Part shown: piece after piece, positions 15,009 to 24,254 of the stretch | How positions within the stretch are numbered: the stretch's first letter is position 1 | Layout of the letters: every line of letters begins with the position of its first letter | From: Pseudomonas aeruginosa | Lineage (GTDB): Bacteria; Pseudomonadota; Gammaproteobacteria; Pseudomonadales; Pseudomonadaceae | Direction: 5' to 3' | Length of the DNA stretch: 32,000 nt | Assembly: GCF_001457615.1 (NCBI RefSeq) | Contig: NZ_LN831024.1 | Location: 4,140,001 to 4,172,000, forward strand | The notes under the pieces: model-generated | Told to the model about the DNA's origin: nothing | Database searches by the model: none | The model's input: only the letters and a program-made list of their open reading frames with translations | Translations under genes and position numbers: made by a program

Positions 15009-16448
15009 TCAGACGACGATGTCGGCCTGGGTCGCCTGGCCGATCAGATTGATCGCGAAATCGGCATGGGCGTCCCCGCTGAAGTCGATCGCCAGGCTGC
15101 CGGCCTTGCTCGCCGCGTCGTAGGACAGGATCGCCTGGCCGGCCTTGCCGGCGAAGGCGTCGACGTATTGCAGCACCAGCCCGCCGTTGACGAAGGCATC
15201 CAGCCCGGACAGGTCGATCTTGTCCTGGCCGCTGACGAAGTCGCGCAGGGTATCCGGCGCCGCCGCGGAGGACTCGGCGATATCGCCGTAGACGAAGGTG
15301 TCGGCCCCCGCGCCGCCCCACAACTGGTCCGCGCCGAGGCCGCCGTAGAGGATGTCGTTGCCGGCGCCGCCCTTGAGCACGTTGGCCACGTCGTTGCCGA
15401 TCAACAGGTCGCTACCCGAGCCGCCGATGGCGTTTTCCACGGTGACCCCGGCAGCGATCGACACATTGCCCTTCAACCCGCCGACATCGGACAGCGCCTT
15501 CTCGTTGAGGTTGATCTTCTGGTTCTGGCTGAAGCCGGAGAAGTCCAGGGTGTCGTTGCCGCCGGCGTCCCACACCGAGAACACCAGCTTGGAACTGGAC
15601 GAGGTGGCGCTGTAGAAGTCGCGCTCGGTGTTGGAGTTGAAGCCGTACACCGTGTCGCCGGTGCGGGTGGTCAGGTTGGCCCCGTAGAGCTTCTGGATCG
15701 CCGCGATGTCGTCCAGCAGCGGTGCCGAGGAATAGGCGCCCTTGAAGTCCTGGCCGGTGTTCTGCTCTTCCCAGTAGCTCATCACCGAATAGGCGCGGGT
15801 GTCCTCGGCGTAGGTAGCGTCGGCGTAGGTGGGATCGCCCTCGCCGGCGTTGTAGTCGCCGGGGTGGCTCAGGCCCAGGGTATGGCCGATCTCGTGGGTC
15901 AGGGTCTGGCGTCCGTAGTTGCCGTTGGCCGGATTGACGTTGGCGCTGTAGCTGCTGTTGATCAGGTACCAGGATTGCCCCTTGAGCGCATCCGGTACAT
16001 CCGGCAGGAAGGCGAACGCCGCACCGCCGACACTACTGCTGAAGTTGCCGAAGGTCAGGTCGCCCTGATCGCCCTGGCCGGCGTCGACGAAGTGGATATT
16101 GGTGACGTCCGACCAGGATTGCAGCGACAACTTGGCCTGGGCCTGCTGCTGCGCGGAAAAGGCGCTGAACTTGCCCAGCGAGTAGATATCGCTGACATAC
16201 TTCCACGGCGTATTGAAGAAGTCGTTCGGTTTGGTCAGGAACGAATAGGACAGGGTCAGCACCGAGTCGCCCGGCGCTTTCTGCCAAGACGCCTGTTCGC
16301 GGAGGATCTGCTCCGCCGCCTGGTCGACGGTATAGGACGGATGGCCATTGACCAATTCGTCCCCGCCCCGCGCATAGGCATGCAGGAAGTTGTCTACCTG
16401 GGTATACGCATCGCTACGACCTTTCAATGCAAGAGAATTGCTGGACAT
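15009..16448 (-). CDS. aprA: Alkaline metalloprotease (serralysin family, RTX-type T1SS substrate)
   Basis: 479 aa from ATG 16448 ([10 protein letters not shown]...), with AAGGGA 7 nt upstream. The track start at 16454 has no spacing to the SD. The zinc motif is [12 protein letters not shown]. Nonapeptide repeats are [27 protein letters not shown] and GGAGADTFV. The C-terminal secretion signal ends ...ADIVV. Confidence 0.95.
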
Positions 16449-16806
16449 TGTCATATCCCTTTAAGTTGTAAAGGAAATAACTCGGATACAATTATCGGAT
16501 GGATAATTGCAGTTATCGGCCAGATCAGGCCGAAGTCCAAACTGACACAGCTCATTTTCCAATGTCCACAGGTTTCATGAAAAAAATTAAGCTGCACTTA
16601 AAGCATATGCACGAACGAATTCCGCATATATGAAATCATGCAGGAAAGATAAACTACCGAAGACACTGGAATATTATAAAAACCGTTTCATATAAATAGC
16701 GCCTTATTGAAAAAACAATTCCATGCGTATTGTTCGACCTCTGTCGACCCGCCCGGGACATCGACTTCACGCCAGGCGAACAATTGCCTGCACGTCCTTC
16801 GCGGTC
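16449..16806 (-). promoter_or_regulatory. A+T-rich aprF-aprA spacer; presumed aprA-proximal promoter and leader region
   Basis: This 358-bp gap is visibly far more A+T-rich than the flanking genes. It contains the perfect palindrome TTTCATGAAA (16573-16582) and a TTATCGG direct repeat (16492-16498 and 16513-16519, 21 bp apart). No credible ORF is present. Confidence 0.5.
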
Positions 16807-18252
16807 TCAATTGAGCGCGCTCCGGTTTTCCTCCGTATCGGTCTTCGACAGGGTGTGCAGCGGCGCCGGGCAATCCGTCGTCGCGCAGTCGCGGCGGCGC
16901 GCCGGCGTCTCGCCGGAAACGAAGTTCGCCGCCACCAGTTCCAGGTCGGCTTCGTCCAGCACCCCGGCGTAGAAACGCAGGCGTGCCCAGGCCGTGAGGT
17001 AGTCGTACTTGGCCTTGGACAGCTCGTTCATCGCGCTGTACAGCGCCTGCTCGGCGTTCAGCAGGTCGAGGTTGACCCGCACCCCGGCGGCGATGCTCTT
17101 GCGCGTGGCCATCACCAGCGTCCGCGCCGAATCCACGGTCATCTCGTAGGCGCGGATCTTCGCCGCGCTGCTGCTGCTCTGGTTGTACATCTTGCGCACC
17201 TGGTTGAGGGTCTCGCGGACCTTGTCGTCCAGGTCGTAATGGCTCTTCTCCATGCGATGCGTGGCCTGGCGCGTCGCCGCCAGGGTCTCGCCGCCGGAGA
17301 ACAGCGGAACGCTCAACTGGATGCCGACGCTGTCGGTCTCGTAGCGCTGGTTGTAGGTGTTCTCCGAACCGGACTTGGACTTGCCGGTGCTGGCGTACAG
17401 GCCCAGGCGCGGCAGGAAGTCGGCGCGGTTCTGCTCGACCTCGTAGCGGGCCACGTCCACCGCGTGGCGCAGCGAGGCCAGCTCGGGATTCTCGGCCAGC
17501 GCCAGGTCGCGCCAGGCGGTGTAGCTGGCGGGGCTCAGCGGGCGCACCTGGAAGCGTTCGCCGAGCGGCGCCAGGTCGGCGATCTCCAGCGGCGCCCCGA
17601 CCAGCCGCTCCAGCTCGCGCAGGGCGGCATCCTGGCTGTCCCGCGCCTCGATTTCCTGGGCCTGGGCCAGGTTGAAGCGGGCCTGGGTCTCCAGGGTGTC
17701 GGTGCGGGTGCCGTTGCCGCGCTCGAACTGGCGCTGGTTGAGCTGGAACTGCTCGCGGTAGGAGCGTTTCTGCGCCCGCGCCAGTTCGATCTGGTCCTGG
17801 GCCAGCAGCGCGCCGGTATAGGCTTCCAGGACCCGGACCAGCAGTTCCTGGCTCTGGCTGCGGAAGCGCTCGTCGGACAACAGCGCCTGGGCCACGCCCT
17901 TGCGGTAGCGGCTGAAGGCCTCGTAGTCGAACAACGGCTGTTGCAGGCTGAGGGTGGAGACGTAGCTGTCGTAGTCGCGGTCTTCCTTGAAATCGCCGCG
18001 GGTGGTGGCCTGGGTCACATCGGACCAGCTGCGCCCACGGTTGTAGCTGTACACCAGGCGCGGCAGCAGCGCCGCGCGGCCGAGCGCACGGTATTGCCTG
18101 CCGGCCTCGTGCTCCTGGATCGCGGCCTGGAACTGCGGGTCGTTCTCCAGGGCCAGGTGATAGCCGTCCAGCAGGCCGAGGGCGAAGGCGTCCTCGCGCA
18201 GCAGCAACAGGAAGGCGCCGAACAGCCAGGTCATCAGGCGGCGCATGGTCAT
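16807..18252 (-). CDS. aprF: TolC-like outer-membrane component of the alkaline protease T1SS
   Basis: 481 aa with an N-terminal signal peptide (MTMRRLMTWLFGAFLLLL) and two outer-membrane-efflux-protein repeats. It starts 3 nt after the aprE stop. Confidence 0.9.
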   Translation of the reverse strand: MTMRRLMTWLFGAFLLLLREDAFALGLLDGYHLALENDPQFQAAIQEHEAGRQYRALGRAALLPRLVYSYNRGRSWSDVTQATTRGDFKEDRDYDSYVSTLSLQQPLFDYEAFSRYRKGVAQALLSDERFRSQSQELLVRVLEAYTGALLAQDQIELARAQKRSYREQFQLNQRQFERGNGTRTDTLETQARFNLAQAQEIEARDSQDAALRELERLVGAPLEIADLAPLGERFQVRPLSPASYTAWRDLALAENPELASLRHAVDVARYEVEQNRADFLPRLGLYASTGKSKSGSENTYNQRYETDSVGIQLSVPLFSGGETLAATRQATHRMEKSHYDLDDKVRETLNQVRKMYNQSSSSAAKIRAYEMTVDSARTLVMATRKSIAAGVRVNLDLLNAEQALYSAMNELSKAKYDYLTAWARLRFYAGVLDEADLELVAANFVSGETPARRRDCATTDCPAPLHTLSKTDTEENRSALN

Positions 18253-18255
18253 CGG

Positions 18256-19554
18256 TCAGTTCTCCGCCAGCGCCACGTGGGCGCGGTCGAACAGGGGCTT
18301 GAACAGGTAATTGAGCAGCGAGCGCTCGCCGGTGCGGACGAACACCTGCACCGCCATCCCCGGGCGGATCTGCAGGCCCTTCAGCTTGCCCATCGCGGCC
18401 GCGTCGACCTGGGCGCGCAGCGCGTAGTAGGGCTGCTTGTTCTGCTCGTCGAGCAGGCGGTCGGCGCTGACCATGGTCACCTCGCCGGTGACCCGCGGGG
18501 TCTTGCTCTGGTTGAAGGCGGTGAACAGCATCTCCACCGGCAGCCCGCTGTGGATCCGGTCGACCAGGTTCACCGCGAGCTGGCCCTCCACTTCCAGGCT
18601 GTCGCTGTTGGGCACGATGTACATCAGCAATTCGCCGGGGCCGATCACCCCGCCATCGGTGAACACCTTCAAGCCGGCCACGTAGCCGCTGACCGGCGCG
18701 CGGATCTCGGCGTGCCGCAGCTCGTAGCGCGCCGAGGACAGCTCCTCCCAGAGCGTCCGCGCATTGACCTGGGTTTCCGCCAGTTGCCCGTTGACTTCCT
18801 TGCGGTACTCCTCCTCGCGTTGGGCGATGCGCATCTGCGCCTCGGCGATGCTCTGGCGGATCTGCCCGAAGCGACCGCTGCTCTCCGATAGCCGGGCGTT
18901 CACCTCGGCCAGTTGGCGCTCCTGTTCGAGCAACTGGTTGCGCGGCATGTAGCCTTCCTCGGCGAGGTCGCGCGCACCGCTCAACTGGCTGTTCAACAGG
19001 CGTTGTTGCAGGCGCTGGTTGCCCTCGGTCTGGCGCAACCCTTCGAGCTGGGCGCGCAGCCCCTCGATGTTCGCCCGCAATGCGGAGAGTTCGTTGGCCA
19101 GCGCGGTCTGGCGGCTGTGCAGCAACTGCCGCTGCAACTCCAGGCGCTCGCCGAGGGTCGGCAGCGGGGCCTGCTCGGCCAGCCCCGCGGGCATCTCCAG
19201 GGTCCGCCGGCCGTCGTATTCGGCCTGCAGGCGCGCCTGGTTGAGCCGCGCGTTGGCGTACCGGTTGAGCAGCGAATCGACGTTGGCCCGGGCCTGGGTC
19301 GGTTCCATGCGGATCAGCGGCTCGCCCGCCTCCACATGCTGGCCGTCGCGCACCAGGATGTGCTTGACCACCCCGCCCAGCGGATGCTGCACCGACTTGC
19401 GCTGGCCGGAGATGATCACCGTGGCCGGCACCGCCACGCCCTGGTCGAGCGGCGCGAAGGCGGCCCAGAGCAGCGCGCCGCCGAAGCCGAACAGGACCAG
19501 CAGCCAGCCCAGTCGCGCATAGGCGTTCTCGTCGCGTTTCACCGTGCGGGTCAT
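18256..19554 (-). CDS. aprE: HlyD-family membrane fusion protein of the alkaline protease T1SS
   Basis: The start is moved from track position 19737 to ATG 19554 ([26 protein letters not shown]...), giving 432 aa. This forms an ATGA overlap with the aprD stop (tcat at 19551-19554). There is a single N-terminal TM segment, coiled-coil regions and a C-terminal barrel. Confidence 0.9.
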   Translation of the reverse strand: MTRTVKRDENAYARLGWLLVLFGFGGALLWAAFAPLDQGVAVPATVIISGQRKSVQHPLGGVVKHILVRDGQHVEAGEPLIRMEPTQARANVDSLLNRYANARLNQARLQAEYDGRRTLEMPAGLAEQAPLPTLGERLELQRQLLHSRQTALANELSALRANIEGLRAQLEGLRQTEGNQRLQQRLLNSQLSGARDLAEEGYMPRNQLLEQERQLAEVNARLSESSGRFGQIRQSIAEAQMRIAQREEEYRKEVNGQLAETQVNARTLWEELSSARYELRHAEIRAPVSGYVAGLKVFTDGGVIGPGELLMYIVPNSDSLEVEGQLAVNLVDRIHSGLPVEMLFTAFNQSKTPRVTGEVTMVSADRLLDEQNKQPYYALRAQVDAAAMGKLKGLQIRPGMAVQVFVRTGERSLLNYLFKPLFDRAHVALAEN

Positions 19555-21332
19555 TCCACACCTCCCTGGCGCGGCGCGGCCACCACCTGCGGCGCGCCGT
19601 AGCCGGCCACCCGGTAGTCCGCGCGCTGCTGCGACGCCGACGCGGCGCGCTGGTTGTTCAAGGCGGCGAGCACCTGGTCGCGCTCGCCGTACAGGTGCAA
19701 CTGGCCGGCGTTCAGCGCCAGCAGGCGGTCGGCGCAACCCAGCACGCCGGCCCGGTGGGTGATCAGCAGCACCGTGCAGCTACGCGCCTTGAGCGCCTGG
19801 ATCGCCGCCAGCAGCGCCTGCTCGCCGCTGTCGTCGAGGTTCGAGTTGGGTTCGTCGAGCACCACCAGGGTCGGCGCGCCGTACAGCGCCCGGGCCAGGG
19901 CGATGCGCTGGCGCTGGCCGCCGGAAAGCCCGGCGCCGCCGACGCCGAGCACGGTGTCGTAGCCCTGCGGCAGGCGCAGGACCAGTTCGTGGACCCCGGC
20001 CAGGCGCGCCGCCTCCACCACCTTGTCGGCCTGCACCTCGCCGAAGCGGGCGATGTTTTCCGCCACCGTGCCGGCGAACAGTTCGATGTCCTGCGGCAGG
20101 TAGCCGATGCGCGGGCCGAGGGTCTCGCGCTCGTACTGGCGGATCTCGGCGCCGTCCAGGCGCACGCTGCCGTGCAGGGTCGGCCAGATGCCCAGCACTA
20201 CCCGCGCCAGGCTCGACTTGCCGGAGCCGGACGGACCGATCACGCCGACCACCGAGCCGGCCGGGATCGCCAGGGTCAGGCCACGCAGGGTGCGCGCCTC
20301 GCTGCCGGGCGGCGCCGCGTCCAGCGATTCCAGCAGCAGGTGGCCACGCGGCTCGGGCAATTCCATGCGCCGCTCGCGGGCGGGGAATTCGTCGAGCAGG
20401 CCGCTCAGCCGGCGATAGGCATCGCGCGCCGCGCCCCACTGCTTCCACACGCCGATCAGTTGGTCGATAGGCCCCAGCGCACGGCCCATCAGGATCGAGC
20501 CGGCGATCATCATCCCCGGGGTGATGCGTCCCTCCACCGCCAGCCAGGCGCCGAGGCCGAGCACCAGGGATTGCAGGGCGATGCGCAGGTATTTGCTCAG
20601 CGCGTTGATCCGCGCCGCGCGCTCGCTGGCCAGGCTCTGCTGGTCGAGGAACGCCTGGTGCAGCCGTTCCCAGCGCCCGCGCATGCTGCCGAGCATGCCC
20701 ATCGCCTCGATCACCTCGGCGTTGCGCAGGCTGTTGCTGGCCAGTTGGCCGGACTTGATCGACAACTCGCCGGCCTTGGCCAGCGGCGCACGGGTGGCGC
20801 GTTCGTTGAACCAGGCCAGGGCCATCAGGGCCAGCGCGCCGACCAGCGAGAGCAGGCCGAGCCAGGGGTCGAAGAGGAAGATCACCAGCAGGTAGACCGG
20901 GAACCAGGGTGCGTCGAAGAAGGCGAACAGCGCCTGGCCGGTGATGAACTGGCGCAGGGTGGTCAGGTCGTGCAGCGCCTGGCTGGCCTCCTGGCCGCCG
21001 GCGCGCAGGTTGCGTTCGAAGGCGGCGGCGTAGATCCGCCCGTGCAACTGGCCGTCGAAGCGTTCGCTGACCCGCACCAGGACGAAGCTGCGCAGCGCCT
21101 CCAGCGCGCCCATGAAGACGAACACACCGAGCGCCATCAGGGTCAGCATCAACAGGGTGACTTCGTTGGCCGAGGACAGCACGCGGTCGTACACCTGCAG
21201 CATGTACAGCGAGGGCACCAGCATCAGCAGGTTGATCACCCCGGAGAACGCCGCCACGCTGCGCAACGCGCCGCGGCTGGCCGCCAGGGCCTGTTTGATT
21301 TCGTTGGTAACGCTGGAACCGAGCCTTGCCAT
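19551..21332 (-). CDS. aprD: ABC transporter (TMD-NBD fusion) of the alkaline protease T1SS
   Basis: 593 aa with an N-terminal six-TM domain. Walker A is GPSGSGKSS, the signature is LSGGQRQR and Walker B is [12 protein letters not shown]. Confidence 0.9.
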   Translation of the reverse strand: MARLGSSVTNEIKQALAASRGALRSVAAFSGVINLLMLVPSLYMLQVYDRVLSSANEVTLLMLTLMALGVFVFMGALEALRSFVLVRVSERFDGQLHGRIYAAAFERNLRAGGQEASQALHDLTTLRQFITGQALFAFFDAPWFPVYLLVIFLFDPWLGLLSLVGALALMALAWFNERATRAPLAKAGELSIKSGQLASNSLRNAEVIEAMGMLGSMRGRWERLHQAFLDQQSLASERAARINALSKYLRIALQSLVLGLGAWLAVEGRITPGMMIAGSILMGRALGPIDQLIGVWKQWGAARDAYRRLSGLLDEFPARERRMELPEPRGHLLLESLDAAPPGSEARTLRGLTLAIPAGSVVGVIGPSGSGKSSLARVVLGIWPTLHGSVRLDGAEIRQYERETLGPRIGYLPQDIELFAGTVAENIARFGEVQADKVVEAARLAGVHELVLRLPQGYDTVLGVGGAGLSGGQRQRIALARALYGAPTLVVLDEPNSNLDDSGEQALLAAIQALKARSCTVLLITHRAGVLGCADRLLALNAGQLHLYGERDQVLAALNNQRAASASQQRADYRVAGYGAPQVVAAPRQGGVE

Positions 21333-21418
21333 CGAGCGCGCTCACTTCTGCCACGACTGCCGCTGGAATCCCGAATGAGCCCGGATGGCACCTCCCTGTG
21401 CCGGGCGTTCCCTCGCCG

Positions 21419-22663
21419 TCAGGCGGCCAGGGCCTGATGCTCCGGCGCCGGGTCGGCGCCGATCAGCTGGATTGTCGGCGGCGCCGCTTCGCCGCCGTGG
21501 CCGAGCAGCGCCGCGAGCACCTTGCCGGCCCCGTCCAGTGCGCTGTGCGCGGTATCCCCGGCGATACCGGCGACGATCGACAGGTCATTGTCGAGGTCAT
21601 GCACCAGCTCGATCTGGCCCTTCGGCCCGACCCCGGCGACATCGACACCGGCAATCGTTTGCGCATACAGCTTGCTGTCGAAGTGCAGGTCCAACGTCGG
21701 CAGCGAGACACCGATGTCCTTGACCACCGGCACGTAGCCGAGGATGCCGCCGACGATGGGCAGGTCCTTGAGGGTCACCTCGTTCCAGCTCAGCAGCTTG
21801 ACCTCGTTGTAGCTACCCAGCTCCAGGGTGCCGCCGAGATTGGCCACGCCGAGGTTGTAGCTGGGTCCGGCGATACCGTAGAACTTGGCGCTGAAGCCTT
21901 CCTTGTCGACCGAGCCGACCACTCCCAGGCCGCCGAGGTTGAGCGGCGCCAGCACCGGCACCAGCGGCGCGGTGATCGGATTCAGCGCCAGGGCTGCGGT
22001 GACCAGCGGAGTCAGCGGCGTCTCGCCGCCGAAGGTCAGGCCTTGCTCGGTGAAGGAGACGTTGATCGGCAGCGGACCGAGGATGCCGCGGCTATCGGGA
22101 ATCACGCCCTGGTCGTGATTGCCGCCGAGCAGCGAGCCGATCACATTGACCCCGAGCAGGCCGTCGCTATTGCCGAGGCTTAGCGAGCCACCCTGGTAGG
22201 CGGCGTGGTAGAGATCGTTGGCGGCCTTCAGGCTGTCGCTGCCGAATTCCCAGGCATGGCCGACGGTGGCACCGACGCCCTGCCCCAGGTCACCGACCAG
22301 CTTCAGGTAATCCTCCGGCTCGACGCGCCCGTGCAACAAGTCGTCGGCGATCGCCAGCGAGTTGCCGGCCAGCCCGCCCAGCGTGCCGACCGCGGAGCCT
22401 ACGGTGTCGAGGGCGTCGCCGGCGATCTCGCCGAGCGTGCCGGCCACCGCGCCGACCGTACCCTCCAGCGCCTGCTCCACGCTGGCAACGGCGTCATGCA
22501 CCGATGTAAGCGCTTCGTGCACCTGCTGCTCCACGGCGTCGACGGTGGAGCCCACCAATGTCCTGGCCACGTCCGCCACCGCCGTGACGGCGGTGGCGGC
22601 CACCTGCGTCGCGCGCTCGTAGACCTGGCCGAACAGGTTCGCGGCTGCATTGAATAATCCCAT
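21419..22663 (-). CDS. aprX: AprX, T1SS-secreted protein of unknown function, first gene of the apr cluster
   Basis: 414-aa Gly/Val/Leu/Ala-rich protein with AGGAAC 6 nt upstream of the ATG. It has no signal peptide, no cysteine and no GGxGxD RTX repeats. Its position and sequence match my memory of aprX. Confidence 0.85.
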   Translation of the reverse strand: MGLFNAAANLFGQVYERATQVAATAVTAVADVARTLVGSTVDAVEQQVHEALTSVHDAVASVEQALEGTVGAVAGTLGEIAGDALDTVGSAVGTLGGLAGNSLAIADDLLHGRVEPEDYLKLVGDLGQGVGATVGHAWEFGSDSLKAANDLYHAAYQGGSLSLGNSDGLLGVNVIGSLLGGNHDQGVIPDSRGILGPLPINVSFTEQGLTFGGETPLTPLVTAALALNPITAPLVPVLAPLNLGGLGVVGSVDKEGFSAKFYGIAGPSYNLGVANLGGTLELGSYNEVKLLSWNEVTLKDLPIVGGILGYVPVVKDIGVSLPTLDLHFDSKLYAQTIAGVDVAGVGPKGQIELVHDLDNDLSIVAGIAGDTAHSALDGAGKVLAALLGHGGEAAPPTIQLIGADPAPEHQALAA

Positions 22664-22983
22664 CTTCTGTTCCTCGATTGAGTTGTCTCGGTTATCGCGT
22701 TTCCGGCGCAGGTCGCTGTTTACCGACCGAACCGGTCACGCGGTTAAGCGCAGTCAGTGAGTTCCGCGAGAAAACGGAACGCGGGTACCTGAAAGTTCAT
22801 CAGGCCTGGCGACAACTTGTTTTTATTGGAAGACAGGAGCCCCCCGAGGGCGAAACCCATTTAATCCCGAGCAGCCCGCAACAGAGCGCTCTCCACCGCT
22901 TCGCCTGTTAAGTAGGACTAACATGGGAAAGGCGAATTTGTACCACCACTTAAATCAGTTCAATACTTTGGTTGGGCATACCG

Positions 22984-23003
22984 ACCTGTCAGTTCTGCCA
23001 GGT
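22984..23003. promoter_or_regulatory. las/rhl-box (LuxR-type quorum-sensing operator) upstream of aprX
   Basis: ACCTGTCAGTTCTGCCAGGT has the CT-N12-AG core, 8 of 10 dyad symmetry, and differs at 2 of 20 positions from the lasB OP1 box as I recall it (ACCTGCCAGTTCTGGCAGGT). On the aprX strand a possible -10 element TATTGA (22960-22965) lies 18 nt beyond the box. Confidence 0.55.
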
Positions 23004-23705
23004 GGATTTCCAAGCCCCTGATTCCTAAACGGATTATTGACGCTTTTAATTAATATCGAATGACGGACGGTCGCCCCGGCACGAACTCTGACGAAAATCA
23101 GAAATGAAGAAAGGGTTATATCCTTATGCACCAAAGTGCCGAGCCGCCCTCGCGGCGTGCCCAACTAGCGTGCAACTTCGGCAGCGCCCTCTTCGAAGAA
23201 GCGAATGACACTTTTGCGTGGCTCATAAGGAACACTCTTATTGCGTGAAGCACATCACAAAATATTGAATCGAACAGTCCGGGCGGATTGTTTTCTCCTG
23301 GTAAACGATGATTAACGGCGCGCTCCCAACGCCGGGTTATTTCCATGAATCGCTTCAGCCAACGCCTTGCCTGCCGATAGCCTCTGCCGTCACCCGTTCC
23401 CGCCCTTGCTCCCCGCCTTGCCTGCCCCTATCCTGCGCCCGTCACGGCCAAATCCGTGACCGGGTTTGACAGCCCGAAGAGACGGCGCGATGCGCCGAGC
23501 GGTGCATGCGAAAGCAGCGAATGCTTTTGCAGGCATCGGCTCGACCGCAGTTTTCCAACTGCGGGCCTTCATGGCGGATCGCGTGGGGAGACCCTCGTGG
23601 TCTGCCGGTTCCGTTTCCCGGTCTGTCAACCCTGCGCGATCCTGCCTCCATCGATTGACAGCGAAGGCGGCAGGTCATGTGACTCTCAGAAACGGAGTAC
23701 CCAGC

Positions 23706-24020
23706 ATGACGAAGGATGAAAAGGAAAAGACCCACGTCGACGCAATCATCGAACGCTACAAGGACCTGATGGTCGAGATTCCCCCCGCCGACCAGCAACC
23801 CGGTCTCTCCCTGCTCTGGCCGGTTCCCGCCCAGCCCGCCATCGACAAGGGCGTCCGCCAGGCCGAGAACTGGCTTGCCGACCAGATCGAAGGCCAGCTC
23901 TGGACCGCCTTCGCCTTCGGCCGCGACAGCCTGCCCACACCGATGCAGAAGACCGCCTTCGAAGTGGCCTTCCTGACGCGCCTGCAGCAGCGCCTGGTAG
24001 CCGCTCGACGTTCCGGTTGA
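23706..24020 (+). CDS. Small hypothetical cytoplasmic protein (104 aa)
   Basis: ATG 23706 has GGAG 8 nt upstream (23694-23697). The product is MTKDEKEKTHVDAIIERYKDLMVEIPPADQQ...RLQQRLVAARRSG. It shows balanced composition and strong G/C third-position bias, unlike the overlapping antisense ORF 23442..24029. No TM segment and no motif I recognise. The 80 upstream codons of the track ORF look non-coding. Confidence 0.6.
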   Translation: MTKDEKEKTHVDAIIERYKDLMVEIPPADQQPGLSLLWPVPAQPAIDKGVRQAENWLADQIEGQLWTAFAFGRDSLPTPMQKTAFEVAFLTRLQQRLVAARRSG

Positions 24021-24029
24021 CCCGGCCAT

Positions 24030-24066
24030 GGCGAATGACGCCGGTGGCGTCGTTCGCCCCTACGCC
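24030..24066 (+). repeat. REP-like hairpin with CCTACGCC tail, second copy; probable terminator of the small ORF
   Basis: GGCGAATGACGCC (24030-24042), ggt, GGCGTCGTTCGCC (24046-24058) form a 13-bp stem with one G-U pair. The tail CCTACGCC follows at 24059-24066. The architecture matches that of 11402-11436. Confidence 0.55.
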
Positions 24067-24254
24067 AAGTCTCCATCGCGGTCTCGGGCACCGCGTACGA
24101 AATCATCGCCAGACTCCGCCTGGCAACGCACCGAGCGTCTGGAGCGCCCCGGTGCGCCATCCCCCCAGCCGGATTGAACGCAAGCGCACCCACCGCCCTC
24201 CTATATTCCATACGACCCACCACCTCAACCGGAACCGAGCAAGACTCCGCAGAC

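Noticed and set aside
16513-16520. Exact GCCGATAA (sigma-28 -10 consensus) on the aprA coding strand, about 65 nt upstream of aprA.
   Set aside because: No acceptable -35 element (TAAAG/TCAAG) lies at the required spacing. The match is part of the TTATCGG direct repeat, and I know of no flagellar-sigma control of aprA.
16688-19561. 957-aa minus-strand ORF, plus the 722-aa (16723..18891) and 580-aa (19695..21437) plus-strand ORFs over the apr secretion genes.
   Set aside because: These are alternative-frame or antisense products with extreme Arg/Pro/Gly/Ala content and no motifs. The same DNA encodes AprF, AprE and AprD with clear family signatures.
21380-21405. Possible hairpin in the aprX-aprD spacer (GGCAC-ctccct-GTGCC with flanking CCGG repeats).
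   Set aside because: The stem is only 5-6 bp, alternative pairings compete, and there is no U-tract. It is too weak to call.
21419-22663. Gly-rich segments of AprX as RTX calcium-binding repeats.
   Set aside because: No GGxGxDxUx nonapeptides are present, unlike AprA in the same window. The Gly-rich segments follow a different pattern (LGG, NLGG).
22678-23629. Short ORFs in the aprX upstream gap (22678..22911 +, 22955..23164 -, 23116..23346 -, 23390..23629 -) and a 21-codon ORF at 23104.
   Set aside because: They have no SD sequences, use non-ATG or context-poor starts, have odd composition and show no third-position G/C bias. I treat the region as non-coding pending transcript data.
23654-23685. 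Perfect -35 hexamer TTGACA (23654-23659) upstream of the small ORF, as a sigma-70 promoter.
   Set aside because: No convincing -10 hexamer lies at 16-18 nt spacing (TGTGAC or GTGACT only), so it is not reported as a feature.
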